From a virus (taxonomy: Duplodnaviria; Caudoviricetes): a stretch of DNA of 51,638 bases. A program made the translations under genes and the position numbers. Location: positions 1 to 51,638 of the IMG/VR virus record IMGVR_UViG_3300022862_000007. The stretch is one strand, 5' to 3'. The notes under the pieces are model-generated. The model worked only from the letters and a program-made list of their open reading frames with translations, did no database searches and was not told the origin of the DNA. Positions 48,325 to 51,638 of the stretch are shown piece after piece; the stretch's first letter is position 1; each line of letters starts with the position of its first letter.

Positions 48325-49746
48325 ATGAAATTGAAAAAGATAGCTCTTTGTTTACTTAGTTTAATTTTAGTAATAAGTGTTACCTTTATGTATCCTACTA
48401 AATCGCATGCTTTTGGTGTTGTAGGAAGTAATGCTCTTAAAGGGGCTGTGATAGGGTCTCTGGAACGTGCAGGAATTAAGTTTGAAAATCGTGAAGCTAG
48501 AGAACGAGCTTTTGATGCTTGGAACATGAAAGCTTATGAAAAATGGAAAGCAGATGAAGCTGCAGGTCGTAATCAGGATTTATGGGAGGCATTTGAAACA
48601 GCGAAAGCATCTGCCCAGACACCCACGCCACTTGATAGTGTACCAGGTTATGGAGAGGTATTAATTAATTCTACTTTTTTTGGTATGGCTGTATGGATTG
48701 GTGCTGAGATTGGTCTTGATATACAACAACACTCTTTAGATAAAACAAGGATGAAGTATTGGGCTGATGGTTTCAAGGAATATGAGGGTATTTCATATAA
48801 TTCCAGTTTTGATATTCGTTTTAGTAAGGAATATGCTGATAATGGTTTTTGGAAGACCGATGTTTATGCACCTGGTCTAACTAAAGCCTTGTGGGGGAAG
48901 GAAAGTACTGACCGATGGACTTATTTAGTTAGTCCATACAAAGATGATCCAGCTAAATATTTTTACATTTCACAAATAAAACCTATTGAAGGTACAGGTC
49001 AGGTAGAAATAGTGATTGCTCAGCAGAATCGTTGGTATTCGGGAGAGATTAATGGACCTTCTGAGGATATTCGGAAAACTTCAGCAAAAAATCTACCTCC
49101 TTTAGAAAAATATGAATATGTGCCTAAACCTACAGATATACCAACTCGTAATATACCAGATATATTGCAGCCGGTTATAGAAGTGCCTGACGTTGGCGGG
49201 ATACCGAGTGCAATGCCATCAATAGAGAATGTGCCTATCATTATACCACTTGATGATCCATTTAGAGATAATCCTCACAATCTATCTTATGAAACACCAA
49301 GTGAAGATCCAACCACTGGAGGGCAAGATCCGGAGGATCCTGATTCTGATGGTGAAGAGCCGACAGAACCAAATGAGACTAGCTGTGATGAGTCTAATGA
49401 AGAGATGGAAGTAGATTCAGACCAATGTGAAGGGATTCCTTACTTCGGCAAAAAATTAGAGTACATTTTTGGAAATGCAACTGGAAACAAACATAATATT
49501 GATCGATCTATTGCAATGGAAAGGCAGTTAAATAGTATTGGGGTTTTTGATGATGCATTTGGTAGAAAACTTGTTCTGGATAACTTATCAGATGCTTTCG
49601 ATAACCCATCTAGTATTCTAAAAACACAAGAAAATGGAAGAATAGTGAGAGAATCATTACTTTCGGGACCTAATGGAGTATTAAAAGTTGAATCCGTATG
49701 GGATAGGGAGAAATTAATAACAGTTAAACTTTACGGAGGGAAATAA
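48325..49746 (+). CDS. Secreted polymorphic-toxin-like protein
   Basis: Signal peptide (..SHA|F), internal hydrophobic helix, Pro-rich then acidic linker, and a discrete ~100-aa C-terminal domain (FGNATGNKHNIDRS...RESLLSGPNG.LKVESVW). Confidence 0.65.
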   Translation: MKLKKIALCLLSLILVISVTFMYPTKSHAFGVVGSNALKGAVIGSLERAGIKFENREARERAFDAWNMKAYEKWKADEAAGRNQDLWEAFETAKASAQTPTPLDSVPGYGEVLINSTFFGMAVWIGAEIGLDIQQHSLDKTRMKYWADGFKEYEGISYNSSFDIRFSKEYADNGFWKTDVYAPGLTKALWGKESTDRWTYLVSPYKDDPAKYFYISQIKPIEGTGQVEIVIAQQNRWYSGEINGPSEDIRKTSAKNLPPLEKYEYVPKPTDIPTRNIPDILQPVIEVPDVGGIPSAMPSIENVPIIIPLDDPFRDNPHNLSYETPSEDPTTGGQDPEDPDSDGEEPTEPNETSCDESNEEMEVDSDQCEGIPYFGKKLEYIFGNATGNKHNIDRSIAMERQLNSIGVFDDAFGRKLVLDNLSDAFDNPSSILKTQENGRIVRESLLSGPNGVLKVESVWDREKLITVKLYGGK

Positions 49747-50255
49747 TGAAAGTAATCAATGGTTATAATCTTTACGAATTTGAATCAAAATCAGAATTTG
49801 AAAAATATATCAAAGTTAATAAAATTACTCTTCTTAATAAAGATTGTGTAGATCAAAAGAAATTTTATGGAGTAAGTTCTGGTACAAGAGACTCGATTTT
49901 CATTGGTATTGTTGGTGAGCAACATGGAATTGACCCATCATTACAGGTAGTTGAAAGAGAAAATTGTGTTTTGATAAGTATTGATGTGAAAATTTATTGT
50001 GTGGGATTAGAAAATTATAAGTTGATATGGATGAAGGAATTTAATTCTCTTGTCTTTGAAATTATTAAGTTACCTGACACCTCTATTCTTATTTTATGTG
50101 AATTAGGGGTTGTATGTCTTACTTATTACGGAGAAAAACTGTGGGAGCATACAAGTGAAGTAATCACGGATTATGAAATAGAGGAGAACACACTAAAATT
50201 GTTTACGGATGAAGAGGAATACTCTCTTTTATTGAAAAATGGTAGTGTTATTTAA
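49746..50255 (+). CDS. Putative immunity protein
   Basis: TAATG-coupled to the toxin-like gene; beta-rich with propeller-like G.KLW motifs; no signal peptide. Confidence 0.6.
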   Translation: MKVINGYNLYEFESKSEFEKYIKVNKITLLNKDCVDQKKFYGVSSGTRDSIFIGIVGEQHGIDPSLQVVERENCVLISIDVKIYCVGLENYKLIWMKEFNSLVFEIIKLPDTSILILCELGVVCLTYYGEKLWEHTSEVITDYEIEENTLKLFTDEEEYSLLLKNGSVI

Positions 50256-50350
50256 TAGTTAATTTGTATTTAAATTGAAATATCAATAGAAATTCACGTC
50301 TGAGAAATATAGAAATTAAAGTACCAAATTATTGAAAAGTGGGTAATTAA

Positions 50351-51247
50351 ATGAGTGAAAATCAAAACAAGAAATCAAGTACAACAGGAATCAAAGAGTT
50401 AATACGAGAAAAGCATCCAGATGCGTGGCTCATTGAAAGTGTGAGTATACAAAGAGAATTAAAAGTTGATGGGTATGGTGCTTTCACCCAAGATAAACTT
50501 TTCATTTATAAACTATCTCCAGAAAAGAAATTAATTCTTATCAATACATTGGATTGGCCAGAAGGAAAAAACGGTCACGTAGATCATTTTGCAATTAAGT
50601 CACATTTTACAATTGACGGAATCAATCTAACTATCGCTAATAAAGGTAAAGATCTCCAATTATTTTTAGAAGAGCAAAAGAAAGACTCCTTTGCCCAAAA
50701 ATCAAGACCATTTTATAGAAAAATTTTAGGGTTTAGATCTAAAAAAGTTTGGAAAATGGCTGTAGCATTGTTTATTTATTTACTTTTCATAATTCCGTTT
50801 GTAATGGGAATGGTAAGTGGCATTACAGATTCAACCTTTATCTCAAAAGAAGAATTGCATAAAAAAGAGCAGTTATTAGCTACAGCAGAACAAAAAGTTG
50901 AGAAACTAAGGAATCAATTAGCTGATAAAGATAAAGAGTTGGAAAATCTAGAGAAGCAACTAAACGAAAAAGAGACAGAGCTTCAAAAACAAGAGGAGTT
51001 AAAGAAACAAGAAGAATTGAAAAAACAAGAAGAGCTAAAAAGGAAAGAGGAAGAAGCTCTAAAGGAACAAGAAGCTAGGAGTCAAGAGGAACAGAAACAA
51101 TATACAGCTCAAAGTACCCCACAAAAAGAATACTACAAAAATTGCACAGAATTGCGTAAAGTCTATCCAAGTGGTGTAAGTGCTACCCACCCAGCTTATG
51201 CTTCAAAACATGACCGTGACAAAGATGGCTGGGCATGCGAAAGGTAG
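50351..51247 (+). CDS. Membrane protein: N-terminal domain, TM, coiled-coil stalk and Excalibur domain
   Basis: GFRSKKVWK plus TM, KQEELK repeats and C-terminal YKNCTELR...HDRDKDGWACER. Confidence 0.85.
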   Translation: MSENQNKKSSTTGIKELIREKHPDAWLIESVSIQRELKVDGYGAFTQDKLFIYKLSPEKKLILINTLDWPEGKNGHVDHFAIKSHFTIDGINLTIANKGKDLQLFLEEQKKDSFAQKSRPFYRKILGFRSKKVWKMAVALFIYLLFIIPFVMGMVSGITDSTFISKEELHKKEQLLATAEQKVEKLRNQLADKDKELENLEKQLNEKETELQKQEELKKQEELKKQEELKRKEEEALKEQEARSQEEQKQYTAQSTPQKEYYKNCTELRKVYPSGVSATHPAYASKHDRDKDGWACER

Positions 51248-51282
51248 TACTTGACAGGGAAATAAAGCACAATAATTAACTT

Positions 51283-51319
51283 AAAAAGCTAGGCGTAAAT
51301 AAAACGCTTAGCTTTTTTT
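51283..51319. terminator. Terminator at the prophage right end
   Basis: AAAAAGCTAGGCGT-AAATAAA-ACGCTTAGCTTTTTT. Confidence 0.8.
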
Positions 51320-51401
51320 ACAAACTATTCTATAAAAAATCAAAATACTCCATTGGTAAATAACTAATTACATAAACATCTTTTGAGACATTTTAGAAGA
51401 A

Positions 51402-51442
51402 AAACTTATAAAATTTCTATTCTTATTTTAATTACAATCCCA
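51402..51442. other. attR junction
   Basis: ComGC reading resumes at (CTT) ATT TTA ATT ACA ATC CCA. Phage arm 51402-51420 is an imperfect inverted repeat (13/19) of phage arm 135-153. Confidence 0.75.
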
Positions 51443-51638
51443 AATGTTACAAAGCATTTCGCCACAATAGATAAGAAAGGCTGTACGGCTTATATAAGCA
51501 TGGTACAAGGGCAAGTAGAGGCGTATCGTGTAGATTATATGGCTTATCCTACCTTAGAGGATTTAGTGGCAAAGGGCTATTTAAAGGAAAATGAAACAAC
51601 CTGCCCAAATAAAGAAGAAATAGTGATTACTAATGAGG
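51425..51638 (+). pseudogene. comGC: 3' half of ComGC (runs off the window)
   Basis: ILITIPNVTKHFATIDKKGCTAYISMVQGQVEAY...LVAKGYLK...TCPNKEEIVI matches Bacillus ComGC (LITIPNVTKH, KKGC, CPN). Confidence 0.93.

Larger units (their letters stand above)
135..51424. mobile_element. Complete temperate prophage (siphovirus-like) integrated in comGC
   Basis: Bounded by the two comGC halves; integrase, repressor, replication, packaging, head, tail and lysis modules are all present. Confidence 0.95.

Noticed and set aside
51251-51280. TTGACA as an outward promoter driving the comGC 3' half
   Set aside because: No -10 at suitable spacing, and a strong terminator follows immediately.

Overview
The window holds one apparently complete ~51.3 kb temperate siphovirus-type prophage of a low-GC Bacillales host (Lysinibacillus-like by impression only). 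It is inserted inside the competence major pilin gene comGC: the 5' half (prepilin motif GFTLIEM) is at 54-134 behind the end of comGB, the 3' half starts at ~51425, and joining them restores an in-frame ComGC. Modules in order: large serine integrase with an unusual C-terminal tandem-HTH extension; CI/Cro switch with four operators; early, recombination and replication genes with an internal origin; ArpU-type late activator; SPP1-like head; long tail; lysis cassette. Accessory cargo is dense: a RosmerTA-like pair, a membrane/GAF-like plus Panacea pair, a GIY-YIG cassette flanked by 20-bp direct repeats, and several morons inside the structural operon. An ~11 kb right-end block carries an unrecognised three-gene nitrilase/wHTH/helical-protein operon, a secreted ComEC-like MBL nuclease with Excalibur domains, and a signal-peptide toxin/immunity-like pair. 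Several structured non-coding elements are visible. All family calls come from motif recognition by eye; no database search or folding computation was run.
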